Assembly (NCBI GenBank): GCA_963662285.2
Contig: CAXXMV010000006.1
Location: forward strand, 64,001 to 128,000
Reading direction: 5' to 3'
Source of the DNA: a bacterium
GTDB taxonomy: Bacteria; Hinthialibacterota; Hinthialibacteria; Hinthialibacterales; Hinthialibacteraceae
DNA length: 64,000 bases
In this document: positions 30,030 through 40,056 of the stretch, one piece after another
How the letters are laid out: each line of letters opens with the position of its first letter
Position numbering within the stretch: position 1 is the first letter of the stretch
Notes under the pieces: model-generated
The model's database searches: none
What the model saw: the letters and a program-made list of their open reading frames with translations, nothing else
Told to the model about the DNA's origin: nothing
Made by a program: the position numbers and the translations under genes

Positions 30030-30045
30030 AGTTAGGTGTTTATTT

Positions 30046-30080
30046 AGTCAGGAATGGGGGGGGGAATATCCTGATTTTTT
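30046..30080 (+). terminator. Probable terminator with poly-G loop
   Basis: TCAGGA...G9...TCCTGA-TTTTTT. Confidence 0.5.
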
Positions 30081-30200
30081 AACATAATTGTCTGATAGCC
30101 CTAAATGAGTATATTGTGTAATTGTTTTAATATATTTATTTTATGAATGTGATCGGATAATGGTTGTACCCCCCCCCCATCTAAATAATCGATCTAACAG

Positions 30201-30230
30201 TAGACAAGAGGAATTCTAATATTTTATAAT
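30201..30230 (+). promoter_or_regulatory. Putative sigma70 promoter of 30382-32094
   Basis: TAGACA-18 nt-TATAAT. Confidence 0.5.
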
Positions 30231-30381
30231 AGTTAACGTTAATTTTATGTTTACCAGAAATTTAAATTTGAAAGGAGGGATTAAATTATTAGATAATTGA
30301 GTGAAATAGAGTAAAAAATATCGATGATTCAAATTTTAATAACATCTGAATAATTTCGCAGAACTCTTAGGGGAGGTTTCA

Positions 30382-32094
30382 ATGAGAAAAAGTTTAGTAT
30401 TAGCAGGATTACTATGTTTAATTGTCGCTCCTGCATTTGCGCAGGTAGGTATTTTCGACAAAACAGTGGATTGGTTTTCACCTGATGCCCCGCGTGGAAC
30501 CATGAAGGTTGAAGGCAGCGCGTCTTTTGCGGATGGAGTCTACTCCCTCGAAGGCAACGGAGATGACATTTGGAACGCGGACGATGAAGGATTTTTCGTC
30601 TACACAGAAAAATCCGGCAGCATGAGTCTTTCAGCCCGTGTTTCATGGATTGATCCAGGCGGAAACGATGAGGCTAAAATTGGCGTCATGATTCGTGAAA
30701 AACCCGAAGATCCTTCGTCACGGTATTTTTGGATAGAATTGCGCGGTGCGGATTGGGGTGACCAGGTTAGCAATCAAATGCGTCTCTCCGAAGGCGGCTC
30801 AGCGACAAGCCCGGCTGGTGCTATAATGGATCCGGATGGGATTCAGGTTGAAGCTCTTGCAGAAGGCATTTTTCTACGTGTAACCCGTGTTGCTGATATG
30901 GGTCTGTTCGTCGCCGAAGTATCCTATGAAGGTAATGACTGGTTTATCGCCGATAGCGTAACAATCCCAGATTGGGGTGACACTGCCGCCTATGGTATAG
31001 CTATCACCAATCACGATGACAACGATGTCCTCGCCTATGGCCAAGCCGATAATGTGGTTCTCGGACCACCTCCGGCATTGCCTACATTTGCAATCCGTAA
31101 ATTCTCATCCAACAGTTTTAAGAATGGAGACACGGTCGAAGTTACGATCAGCATTACGAATCCAAATGAGGATGCACCGACTGTATCAGTCTCAGATACA
31201 GCTCCGCAAGGCTGGACCATCAGCGACATCAGCAGCGGCGGCGCCGCATCAGGGCAAACCATTTCATGGAGCGCATCCGCGCCTCATGGCATCACAACAT
31301 TAACCTATAAAGTGACTGCTACAACAGCTGGTGAAGTAAATCTCTTTACGGGAACCCTCGGTTCCGATGCAATTGGAGGCGGTGCTTCAATAGCGAAAAT
31401 CCAGGACGCCCCTGAAGGCGACCAGATATTCGACCAGCACGCCGATATTTTTGACGATCCCGCGAACGTTGGAACCGACGCAGACGGCAATGCCCTCCTC
31501 GGATCGGCTAGCTACGATGCAACAACAAACACCTATGAAATCCAGGGCGGCGGACTCGATATCTGGAATAACGCCGATCAGTTCCATTTCCTTTACACCA
31601 CGGTTTCCGGTGATTTTGTCATGGAATGCAATATGGAACATGACGAAAGCGAACGCAGCACCAGTACCGACGAATGGATAAAAGGGATGATGATGGGCCG
31701 CCAGAATCTGACAGCCGGTTCACCTAACTTTGGCACCCGCTGCCGCCGCGACGGCCAGTACAGTTGGCAAATGCGCGCCCTTCAGGATGGCGCCAGCAGC
31801 AGCGACAGCAACAACCGCGTGACCTTCACAACCGAAGGATATGCGGAAGATGAATTCCCGCGCCAGAGACTGGTAAGAGAAGGCGACGAATGGAGCATCT
31901 TCTTCCGCGACGACCTTGGAGATGGCGAGTGGATTCAAGTTCAATCCACCCAAACCCTGGTTATGGAAGATCCGATCCTGGTTGGTTTGGCGGTTACCGC
32001 TCACCAGGTTGGTTCCGTGCAGTTCACCTGGTTCCGTGATGTTACTCTCGAAACAACCGGTCCAGTTTCCGTCTCTCATTGGGAACTGCATTAA
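30382..32094 (+). CDS. Secreted protein: two ConA/DUF1349-like domains flanking a DUF11-like Ig domain, C-terminal WxL[YH] motif
   Basis: Signal peptide (AFA|Q); duplicated GxGxDIWNxxD...GxMxR...GxAxT[AN]H; central VEVTISITN..VSDTAPQGW; ends PVSVSHWELH. Confidence 0.75.
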   Translation: MRKSLVLAGLLCLIVAPAFAQVGIFDKTVDWFSPDAPRGTMKVEGSASFADGVYSLEGNGDDIWNADDEGFFVYTEKSGSMSLSARVSWIDPGGNDEAKIGVMIREKPEDPSSRYFWIELRGADWGDQVSNQMRLSEGGSATSPAGAIMDPDGIQVEALAEGIFLRVTRVADMGLFVAEVSYEGNDWFIADSVTIPDWGDTAAYGIAITNHDDNDVLAYGQADNVVLGPPPALPTFAIRKFSSNSFKNGDTVEVTISITNPNEDAPTVSVSDTAPQGWTISDISSGGAASGQTISWSASAPHGITTLTYKVTATTAGEVNLFTGTLGSDAIGGGASIAKIQDAPEGDQIFDQHADIFDDPANVGTDADGNALLGSASYDATTNTYEIQGGGLDIWNNADQFHFLYTTVSGDFVMECNMEHDESERSTSTDEWIKGMMMGRQNLTAGSPNFGTRCRRDGQYSWQMRALQDGASSSDSNNRVTFTTEGYAEDEFPRQRLVREGDEWSIFFRDDLGDGEWIQVQSTQTLVMEDPILVGLAVTAHQVGSVQFTWFRDVTLETTGPVSVSHWELH

Positions 32095-32141
32095 GATTTA
32101 GGCCATATTTTTATGCTGTAATATATATTATGTAATTATTC

Positions 32142-32177
32142 AAAAGCCCTCTTCCTTTGTGGAGAGGGCTTTTTTTT
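32142..32177 (+). terminator. Intrinsic terminator
   Basis: AAAAGCCCTCTTCC-TTTGT-GGAGAGGGCTTTTTTTT. Confidence 0.8.
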
Positions 32178-32449
32178 ATGACAAATTTTCTGCTGATATT
32201 GTTCTCTGTTTAACTTTTTTTGCGGTCTATCGAATCTATAAATGAATTCAGGAGGGATTCTTTTGACCTGGATTATAAATTATTCCTAAATATTCATTAA
32301 ACCGTACTTATTTATTCTCAAAAGGTACAATAAATATATAAGAGTCTGAGTTGAGAACAATTCTGAATGGAGAGAAATAATTTAATCTGTTTAAGAAAAG
32401 AAAAATAAAAACTGCAAATATTATTGTATTACTTTAGGATGTTATAGTT

Positions 32450-35400
32450 ATGCTTATATCATTCATCAACAATATCTCATTATTACTGGCATTAAGCATT
32501 TGTCATTCCTTCATTTTGAAGCGTTGGAAGCCCGATACCTTACCCTATCAAATCACCTCTGGAATCCTGTTTGGCTGTATAACTATCGCGGGAATGATGA
32601 ATCCATTCGTGATGACCGAAGGCATCATTTTTGATGGGCGCTCTTTCGTTGCAAGTATTGCCGGGCTAATGGGGGGATCCATTACGGCGATTATTGTAGT
32701 TCTCATCGGTGGAGCTTACCGGATATGGGGGATTGGCGGTGGTGGGGCGTTAATGGGAGTTTGCGTATTATCAACATCGGCTGGCTTAGGCGCTTTATAC
32801 CGTTATTGGAGAAGCGACAAGCCGGAATTCATTACTCCTTTATATCTCTACTGCTTTGGCGTAATTGTTCACATTACCATGATTTTATGGATGTTCACCT
32901 TACCTGCAGATAAAGTATGGATGGCAATTTCTAATATCTCTATACCGGTAATGATAATTTTTCCAATATGTACTGTTGTTCTTGGAAAAATGCTTTATGA
33001 ACAGATTATTTCTTTATCTATGCAAATAGACTTAGAAAAAAGCGAAGAGAAATACCGTGAACTAGTAGAACATGCCAACAGCATCATATTGCGATTGGAT
33101 ATAGCTGGGAACATTAAATTTTTTAATGAATATGCTCAGAAATTTTTTGGTTATTCAGAGGATGAAATAATTGGCCGTTCGATTATTGGAACAATAGTAC
33201 CGGAAACAGAAAGCACTGGCCGTGATCTCAGTAAGATCGCGGAACAAATTACCAATAATCCTGATAAATATTCAGTAAATGAAAATGAAAATATACGAAA
33301 AAATGGAGAACTCGTCTGGATCTCGTGGACTAATAAGGTGATTGTTGATGAAAATAATCAACCAACCGAACTTCTTTGTATTGGTAATGACATAACCGAA
33401 CACAGGCAGGCCGAAGAATCATTGCGTAAGAGTGAACAACAATACAAAATCCTGGCGGAGAATGTAACCGATGTTATTTGGACTGCTGATATGAATCTTC
33501 GGTATACCTACATCAGTCCTTCTATTAAACAACTAATAGGTTTTACTGTTGAAGAGCATATTTCAAAGACTATCGAGCAGATGATTACCCCTGCATCTTA
33601 CGATTACGCTATGAAGGTATTTGCGGAAGAACTTGCCATAGAAGCGACCGAAAATAAGGACTTGCACAGGTCACGGACGCTGGAAATCGAGCAATTCTGT
33701 AAAGACGGTTCAACCATCTGGACAGAGGAAAAATTGGTTTTCCTGCGCGACGAATCTGATCAGGCGGTAGGGATTCTAGGGGTTGCGCGAGATATAACCG
33801 AGCTCAAGCGTGCGGAAACTTATCGGCAACTTTCCTCAGAAGTGCTTTCCATTCTTAACGAGTCAGCGGGATTACATGAGGCTATCCAGCGTGTCCTTGA
33901 AGCCATCAATCTGGTTACGAATTGCGATGCCGTAGGAATCCGTCTGAAATCAGAAGAAGACTTCCCGTATTTCGTGCAACATGGTTTCTCGAATGATTTC
34001 CTGCTTACAGAAAACACATTACTGGTGCGCGATCCGCAAGGTGGAATCTGTCGCGGCCCCGATGGCAAGGTCAGTTTGGAATGCACCTGCGGCTTGGTCA
34101 TTTCGGGGAAGACGGATCCGTCGAATCCGTCTTGCACTCCGAGAGGGAGTTTTTGGACCAATGATTCATTTCCGCTTCTCGATCTACCTGAATCAGATGA
34201 TCCCCGGATTCATCCACGCAACCAGTGTATCCACGAAGGCTACGGCTCGGTTGCACTGATACCCATTCACGGCGATCAACAGATTGTCGGCATTCTGCAA
34301 CTGAACGCCTTCAGGAAGAATTGCTTCAGTTTCGATGCAATCCAGTCGCTCGAAACAATCGCGGGTCATTTAGCCGTAGCATTGATGCGTAAGCAGGCCG
34401 AGGAAGCGCTGCGGATTGAGAAGCAATTGTCCGAAGACTACATAAACAGTATGCCGGGGTTGTTCTATGTGTTCGATGAAAAGCGATTTATCAGATGGAA
34501 CAAGGAATGGGAGAAAGTTACAGGCTACAGCAATGAGGAATTGGCCGTCAGGTATGGTACGGATTTCTTCGAAGGCGAAGATAGGGAACTCATTGAAGAG
34601 CGAATGTTGAAGGTCTTACATGAGGGCGCGGCGGAGGCTGAAGCGGAATTGGTAACAAAACATGGTATACGCATTCCCTATTATTTCAACGGATTACGTA
34701 AAGAATTCGATGGGAAACCATATATAGTCGGTTTAGGAATAGACATAACCGAGCGCAAGAGGACGGAAGCTCAACTTAAGATGCAGGCTCTTGTTCTTGA
34801 TCAGATTGATGAACACATAACGATCACTGATCTTTCTGGTGTTATAACTTATGTTAATAACGCGCAGAGCCGTATATTGGGCGAATCAATGGATAAATTC
34901 ATTGGGGAAACCACGAATATCTATGGGGAAGATCCTGAACAAGGCGCTACCCAAAAAGAAATTTTAGAAAATACTCTTCGAGATGGTTCATGGCGTGGTG
35001 AAGTGGTAAACCTGACTTATGATGGCCGCAAAGTCGTTATGGATTGCCGGACGCAAGTAGTACGAAATGAATATGGGAAAGCCATCTACTTGTGCGGCAT
35101 TGCATCTGACATCACCGAGCGCAAGCAGACCGATGAGGCATTGCGAAATAGCGAGGAAAAATTCCGGACAATAGCTGAAACATCGCCATTGGCAATATAC
35201 ATGTCGGTTGGAATAGAGCAGAAAGCCGAATACATCAATCCCACGTTCATAAAATTATTCGGGTATACCTTGGAGGATGCGCCAACTGTGGCAGATTGGT
35301 GGCCCAAGGCCTATCCCGATGAAACCTACCGCAGGCAAATCGTTGCTGAATGGCAACGCAAGGTTGAGAAAGCCATTGAGACAAAATCAGAAATTGAGCC

Positions 35401-36661
35401 GATGGAAGTTGTGGTTACTTGTAAGGATGGGTCGAAGAAGAATATCTCATGGGGTTTCATTTCCATAGGCAAACAGAACTGGGCTTTCGGCCTGGATCTG
35501 ACCGACCGCAAGCGTGCAGAGGAAGAATTATTGAAAGCCCGTAAACTGGAATCAGTTGGAATCCTCGCTGGAGGAATTGCGCATGATTTCAACAATCTTC
35601 TAATGGCAATCGTCGGTAATATATCATTAGCAAAAGCACTTTCCGATTCACCGGAAAAAATTAACGAGTGTTTATATGAAGCGGAAAAAGCAACCAATCG
35701 AGCGCAAAACCTGACTCAACAATTGCTCACTTTTTCTAAAGGCGGGGCGCCGGTCAAAGAAAGCGCGAATGTTGTTGACCTGGTTAAAGAAACAGCGGCT
35801 TTTTCCCTCAGAGGATCGAATGTTACTTATGATTTTGATTTTCCTGATAACCTTTGGCAAGTTGAGGTTGATAAAGGTCAGTTCAGCCAGGTTATCCAAA
35901 ACCTGGTTATCAATGCCGATCAAGCTATGCCGGAAGGTGGAACTATCTATATTAAAGGAGAGAATATCGCCATTTCGTATAAAGATGAAAAGCACGACTC
36001 TTCTCTACAGGAAGGAGATTATGTAAAACTCTCGATCAAAGACCAGGGAACTGGCATTCCCAAGGATCACCTGCAAAAGATATTTGATCCCTATTTCACC
36101 ACAAAACAGAAGGGTAGTGGATTAGGATTAGCCACAACATATTCAATCATAAAAAATCACCAGGGAGATATAACCGTAGAATCCCAAATCGGAGCAGGAA
36201 CAACATTTACTATTCATCTTCCTCGTTCATTCAAAGAGAGTTTGGCGACTCAAGAAACAGTCCAGGAAGAACTCTTAACAGACCAGGGGCGTATATTGAT
36301 CATGGATGATGAAAAAATGATCAGAGATGTCGCGGGCATGATGCTCGAACATATCGGTTATGAAGTTGACTTTGCCGAGGATGGATACAAAGCCATTGAA
36401 AAATACCTGGACGCACTCGAATCCGGTAATGGATTTAATGCGGTCATTATGGATTTAACAATCCCCGGAGGCATGGGAGGTAAGGAAGCCATACAAAAAC
36501 TATTAGCAATTGATCCACAAGTCAAAGCCGTTGTTTCCAGCGGCTACTCTAATGATCCAATAATGGCGGATTATAAAAAATATGGATTTTGCGGAGTAAT
36601 CAGCAAACCATACGTCATAGAAGATTTGGCGGTAACTTTGCAGAACGTAATACATAAGTAA
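32450..36661 (+). CDS. Hybrid sensor kinase (5TM-5TMR_LYT, multiple PAS, GAF, HisKA, HATPase, REC)
   Basis: GIIFDGR in LYT-type TM domain; repeated DITERK PAS ends; GGIAHDFNNLL; FDPYFTTK; MDLTIPGG receiver. Confidence 0.92.
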   Translation: MLISFINNISLLLALSICHSFILKRWKPDTLPYQITSGILFGCITIAGMMNPFVMTEGIIFDGRSFVASIAGLMGGSITAIIVVLIGGAYRIWGIGGGGALMGVCVLSTSAGLGALYRYWRSDKPEFITPLYLYCFGVIVHITMILWMFTLPADKVWMAISNISIPVMIIFPICTVVLGKMLYEQIISLSMQIDLEKSEEKYRELVEHANSIILRLDIAGNIKFFNEYAQKFFGYSEDEIIGRSIIGTIVPETESTGRDLSKIAEQITNNPDKYSVNENENIRKNGELVWISWTNKVIVDENNQPTELLCIGNDITEHRQAEESLRKSEQQYKILAENVTDVIWTADMNLRYTYISPSIKQLIGFTVEEHISKTIEQMITPASYDYAMKVFAEELAIEATENKDLHRSRTLEIEQFCKDGSTIWTEEKLVFLRDESDQAVGILGVARDITELKRAETYRQLSSEVLSILNESAGLHEAIQRVLEAINLVTNCDAVGIRLKSEEDFPYFVQHGFSNDFLLTENTLLVRDPQGGICRGPDGKVSLECTCGLVISGKTDPSNPSCTPRGSFWTNDSFPLLDLPESDDPRIHPRNQCIHEGYGSVALIPIHGDQQIVGILQLNAFRKNCFSFDAIQSLETIAGHLAVALMRKQAEEALRIEKQLSEDYINSMPGLFYVFDEKRFIRWNKEWEKVTGYSNEELAVRYGTDFFEGEDRELIEERMLKVLHEGAAEAEAELVTKHGIRIPYYFNGLRKEFDGKPYIVGLGIDITERKRTEAQLKMQALVLDQIDEHITITDLSGVITYVNNAQSRILGESMDKFIGETTNIYGEDPEQGATQKEILENTLRDGSWRGEVVNLTYDGRKVVMDCRTQVVRNEYGKAIYLCGIASDITERKQTDEALRNSEEKFRTIAETSPLAIYMSVGIEQKAEYINPTFIKLFGYTLEDAPTVADWWPKAYPDETYRRQIVAEWQRKVEKAIETKSEIEPMEVVVTCKDGSKKNISWGFISIGKQNWAFGLDLTDRKRAEEELLKARKLESVGILAGGIAHDFNNLLMAIVGNISLAKALSDSPEKINECLYEAEKATNRAQNLTQQLLTFSKGGAPVKESANVVDLVKETAAFSLRGSNVTYDFDFPDNLWQVEVDKGQFSQVIQNLVINADQAMPEGGTIYIKGENIAISYKDEKHDSSLQEGDYVKLSIKDQGTGIPKDHLQKIFDPYFTTKQKGSGLGLATTYSIIKNHQGDITVESQIGAGTTFTIHLPRSFKESLATQETVQEELLTDQGRILIMDDEKMIRDVAGMMLEHIGYEVDFAEDGYKAIEKYLDALESGNGFNAVIMDLTIPGGMGGKEAIQKLLAIDPQVKAVVSSGYSNDPIMADYKKYGFCGVISKPYVIEDLAVTLQNVIHK

Positions 36662-36916
36662 AACTCATCATAACCATAATTCCTGCTTATCTTGCAAAAA
36701 GGCAACCACCTGTTATAACGGATGGCTCTGTTCTTGACTTGTATCTCATAATAATGATAAAGTCCAAGAGAGCGTCCATTTTTTTCAAGAATAATCTTAC
36801 TCGCAGTTTAATTTTTTCTTATGTTATCTCCCTGGCCTAGTCTTTGTTATATTGCCTGTTGACGGTATTAGCCAGAGGCTGCCAGGATATACTTCGCCTG
36901 TTGAGATGAGCGAACT

Positions 36917-39900
36917 ATGAAAATAAAATATAGAGTTTTTATACTAATGCTTGTTTTAGTTGTACTGATTTCCGCCATCTATTCATACCAAAGTTATGTC
37001 ATGCAACGGAAATTATTGATGAAAGGCATTGATGAGAAACTTTATGTTTCTGCAAAAATGGCTCAGGCAATCCTGCCGCTGGATTATCACGACCGTATTG
37101 TCGATTCCACTTCTGTTTCAAAAAAAGAGTATGATCAAATTGTTGACCAGTATAACAAACTCTGCGTCGATCTTGATATAGAATACTTATGGAGTCTGAT
37201 GAAGGTCAATGGAAAAATCGTTTTCACATCATCCACCTCTCCTGACAAAAATGTAAACAACCAAAAACAAGCCAAGTTCTTCGAAATTCATACCAATCCC
37301 GATGCCTACAAGCAGGCTTTTACAACTCAGGAACCACAATATCAGATCATTATTGACAAATGGGGTAAGCTCAAGAGCGTCCTGATTCCCTTCCGAGACA
37401 GACATGGAAGACCATACTTATTCGGCGCATGCGCCGAATTATCAGAAATTGATCAGTTGCTAAATCAAAGTATTGAAGACTCGGCGTTTCTTGCTTTGGG
37501 ATTTCTGATTATTGGATCCATTTTCAGTTATATGTTTGCCAACCTGCTTTCTAAACCATTCAGTAATCTAACTAATGAAACAACAGAAATCGCATCAGCC
37601 CGACTGGACGGAATAATTGAGGAAAAAGGTTCTTATGAACAGGTTATGCTTGCGCGTAGTTTCAATCGCATGAGTTTGGTAATAAAGGAGAGAATCGCAG
37701 AACTGAAGAAGAGCGAAGAAAACCTGTATACCACCCTCAACTCTATCGGAGACGCCGTAATCTCCACAGATACCGAAGGCGCTATCACCCACATGAATCC
37801 GGTTGCCGAGAATCTCACCGGCTGGATGCTTGCAGAAGCGCAAGGCAAACCACTGACTGAAGTCTTCAATATTATCAATGCCAAGTCCAGGGAACCTGCA
37901 GTCAATCCGGTAAAAAAAGTGCTGGAAAGCAGCGAGATCGTTGGACTAGCCAATCACACTTCGCTCATCAGAAAAGATGGAACGGAATACCAGATCGCCG
38001 ATTCCGCCGCTCCCATTCGGGGCGTCGATAACGCTATAAACGGCGTTATTCTGGTTTTCCGGGATGTGACTGGCGATTACCGGTTGCAGGAACAACTCAA
38101 GGAAATCAACGAGAAATACCAACGCCTCGTCAGCAACTTGATCGGAACGTTTCTATACCGGCTTAATGTTAACGGAGTCTTCGAATACGTATCGCCGTCA
38201 ATCACCAAAGTCCTGGGCTACACCCAGGAAGAATTCTGCAAGCATTTCTCGACCTATCTTACCGACAATCCCATAAATCAGAAATCTCTTGAATTCTCAG
38301 CGCTAAGTCTACGTGGAATACAGCAACCGAGGTATGAACTCGAGATTTTCGCAAAGGGGAACGACATACACTGGCTAGAGGTTTCGGAAAGCGCAGTTCG
38401 AGATGAAAATGGGGAAATCGTGGCAGTGGAGGGTGTGGCCCATGATATCACAGAACGCAAACGATCCGAGGAGGAGCTCAGAAAAAGTCAAGACAAACTG
38501 ATGACCATCATTGATCAAGCCCCGGTCATGATTGATTCTTTCGACGAGAGCGGCAAGTGCCTGATTTGGAATGCAGAATGCGTCAAACGATTGGGGTGGA
38601 CTGCTGAAGAAGTTAACGCTGCGGATAATCCCATGGCCTTGTTTTATCCTGATCCAGAGATTCAGAAGCAAGTCTACATGGCATTAGAACTGGCTGACGG
38701 CTCATTCCGGGAATATACCCTCCAAACCAAGGAGGGTTCTACTGTTGAACAAGTCTGGGCGGATTTCCGCTTGCCCGACGGCGCCATCATCGGCCTGGGG
38801 TACGACATCACCGAGCGCAACCAGGCCGAGAGAGAGAGCGTAAAACTACAGTCGCAGTTAGCCCAAGCGCAGAAGATGGAATCCATAGGACGGCTGGCAG
38901 GCGGAGTGGCTCACGATTTCAACAACATGCTGTCAGTTATTCTGGGCTACGCAGAGATGGCCCAGAAACGGGTGGATTCTTCACAACCACTCCATGCAGA
39001 TCTTCAGCAAATCGTGAAAGCCGCCGAACGTTCCGCCGATCTTACCCGGCAACTGCTGGCTTTTGCCCGTAAGCAGACCGTTTTACCCAAAGTCATGAAC
39101 CTGAATGACGCGGTTGAGGTAATACTCAAAATGTTGCGCCGGCTCATTGGTGAAGATATAACCCTGGCCTGGATGCCAGGATCGGAACTATGGTCTATCA
39201 AGATGGATACCAGCCAGGTTGATCAGATTCTGACGAACCTGTGCGTCAATGCCCGCGATGCCATAACCGAAGTGGGGAAGATTACTATCGAGACGGATAA
39301 CTGCTTCTTTGATGAAACGTACTGCGCCGGACATGCTGGATTTGTCGTCGGAGAATATGTATTACTCGCTGTGAGCGATAACGGCTGCGGCATGGATAAG
39401 GAAACTCTTGCTCAAATATTCGAACCTTTCTTCTCTACCAAGAACATTGGTGAAGGCACTGGTCTGGGATTATCCACCGTCTACGGCATCGTTAAGCAAA
39501 ACCACGGATTCGTCTACGTATACAGCGAACCGCACCAGGGAACTACCTTCAAAATATATCTGCCCAGGTACAGGGACAAAGCCGGAACGTTACCAACTGA
39601 GAGAACAACGGAATTGGATCTCAGCGGCGGAGAAACTATCCTGTTGGTTGAAGATGAACCGTCGCTACTGATGTTGAGTACAAAAATGCTCGAAGAACTT
39701 GGCTATAGGATTCTGGCTGTGGGATCGTCGAGTGAGGCCATCGAACTGGCAGAAAAACACGCCGGTGAGATTCATCTGCTGCTGACCGACGTGATCATGC
39801 CAGAAATGAATGGTTGGGATCTGGCCCAAAACATTCTTTCACTTCACCCAGATATGAAGGTATTTTTCATGTCCGGCTATCCGGCCAATGTCATCGCTCA

Positions 39901-39997
39901 TCACGGCGTACTGGAAGAAGGGGTCAATTTTATTCATAAACCCTTTTCAATACAGGATATGGCAACCAAAATACGTGAAGTGCTGGATAATGATTAA
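36917..39997 (+). CDS. Hybrid sensor kinase (periplasmic sensor, HAMP, PAS x3, HisKA, HATPase, REC)
   Basis: 2 TM, LARSFNRM, SIGDAVI, GGVAHDFNNML, GTGLGL, TDVIMPEMNG. Confidence 0.92.
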   Translation: MKIKYRVFILMLVLVVLISAIYSYQSYVMQRKLLMKGIDEKLYVSAKMAQAILPLDYHDRIVDSTSVSKKEYDQIVDQYNKLCVDLDIEYLWSLMKVNGKIVFTSSTSPDKNVNNQKQAKFFEIHTNPDAYKQAFTTQEPQYQIIIDKWGKLKSVLIPFRDRHGRPYLFGACAELSEIDQLLNQSIEDSAFLALGFLIIGSIFSYMFANLLSKPFSNLTNETTEIASARLDGIIEEKGSYEQVMLARSFNRMSLVIKERIAELKKSEENLYTTLNSIGDAVISTDTEGAITHMNPVAENLTGWMLAEAQGKPLTEVFNIINAKSREPAVNPVKKVLESSEIVGLANHTSLIRKDGTEYQIADSAAPIRGVDNAINGVILVFRDVTGDYRLQEQLKEINEKYQRLVSNLIGTFLYRLNVNGVFEYVSPSITKVLGYTQEEFCKHFSTYLTDNPINQKSLEFSALSLRGIQQPRYELEIFAKGNDIHWLEVSESAVRDENGEIVAVEGVAHDITERKRSEEELRKSQDKLMTIIDQAPVMIDSFDESGKCLIWNAECVKRLGWTAEEVNAADNPMALFYPDPEIQKQVYMALELADGSFREYTLQTKEGSTVEQVWADFRLPDGAIIGLGYDITERNQAERESVKLQSQLAQAQKMESIGRLAGGVAHDFNNMLSVILGYAEMAQKRVDSSQPLHADLQQIVKAAERSADLTRQLLAFARKQTVLPKVMNLNDAVEVILKMLRRLIGEDITLAWMPGSELWSIKMDTSQVDQILTNLCVNARDAITEVGKITIETDNCFFDETYCAGHAGFVVGEYVLLAVSDNGCGMDKETLAQIFEPFFSTKNIGEGTGLGLSTVYGIVKQNHGFVYVYSEPHQGTTFKIYLPRYRDKAGTLPTERTTELDLSGGETILLVEDEPSLLMLSTKMLEELGYRILAVGSSSEAIELAEKHAGEIHLLLTDVIMPEMNGWDLAQNILSLHPDMKVFFMSGYPANVIAHHGVLEEGVNFIHKPFSIQDMATKIREVLDND

Positions 39998-40056
39998 GTT
40001 TTTTTTGTATAGCAATTTAGGATGGCTTATGCCTGATCGACCCATCAATTGATTTA

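Noticed and set aside
33380-38825. Recurring GA[CT]AT[AC]ACCGAGCGCAA nucleotide motif
   Set aside because: Encodes the ordinary DITERK end of PAS/PAC domains
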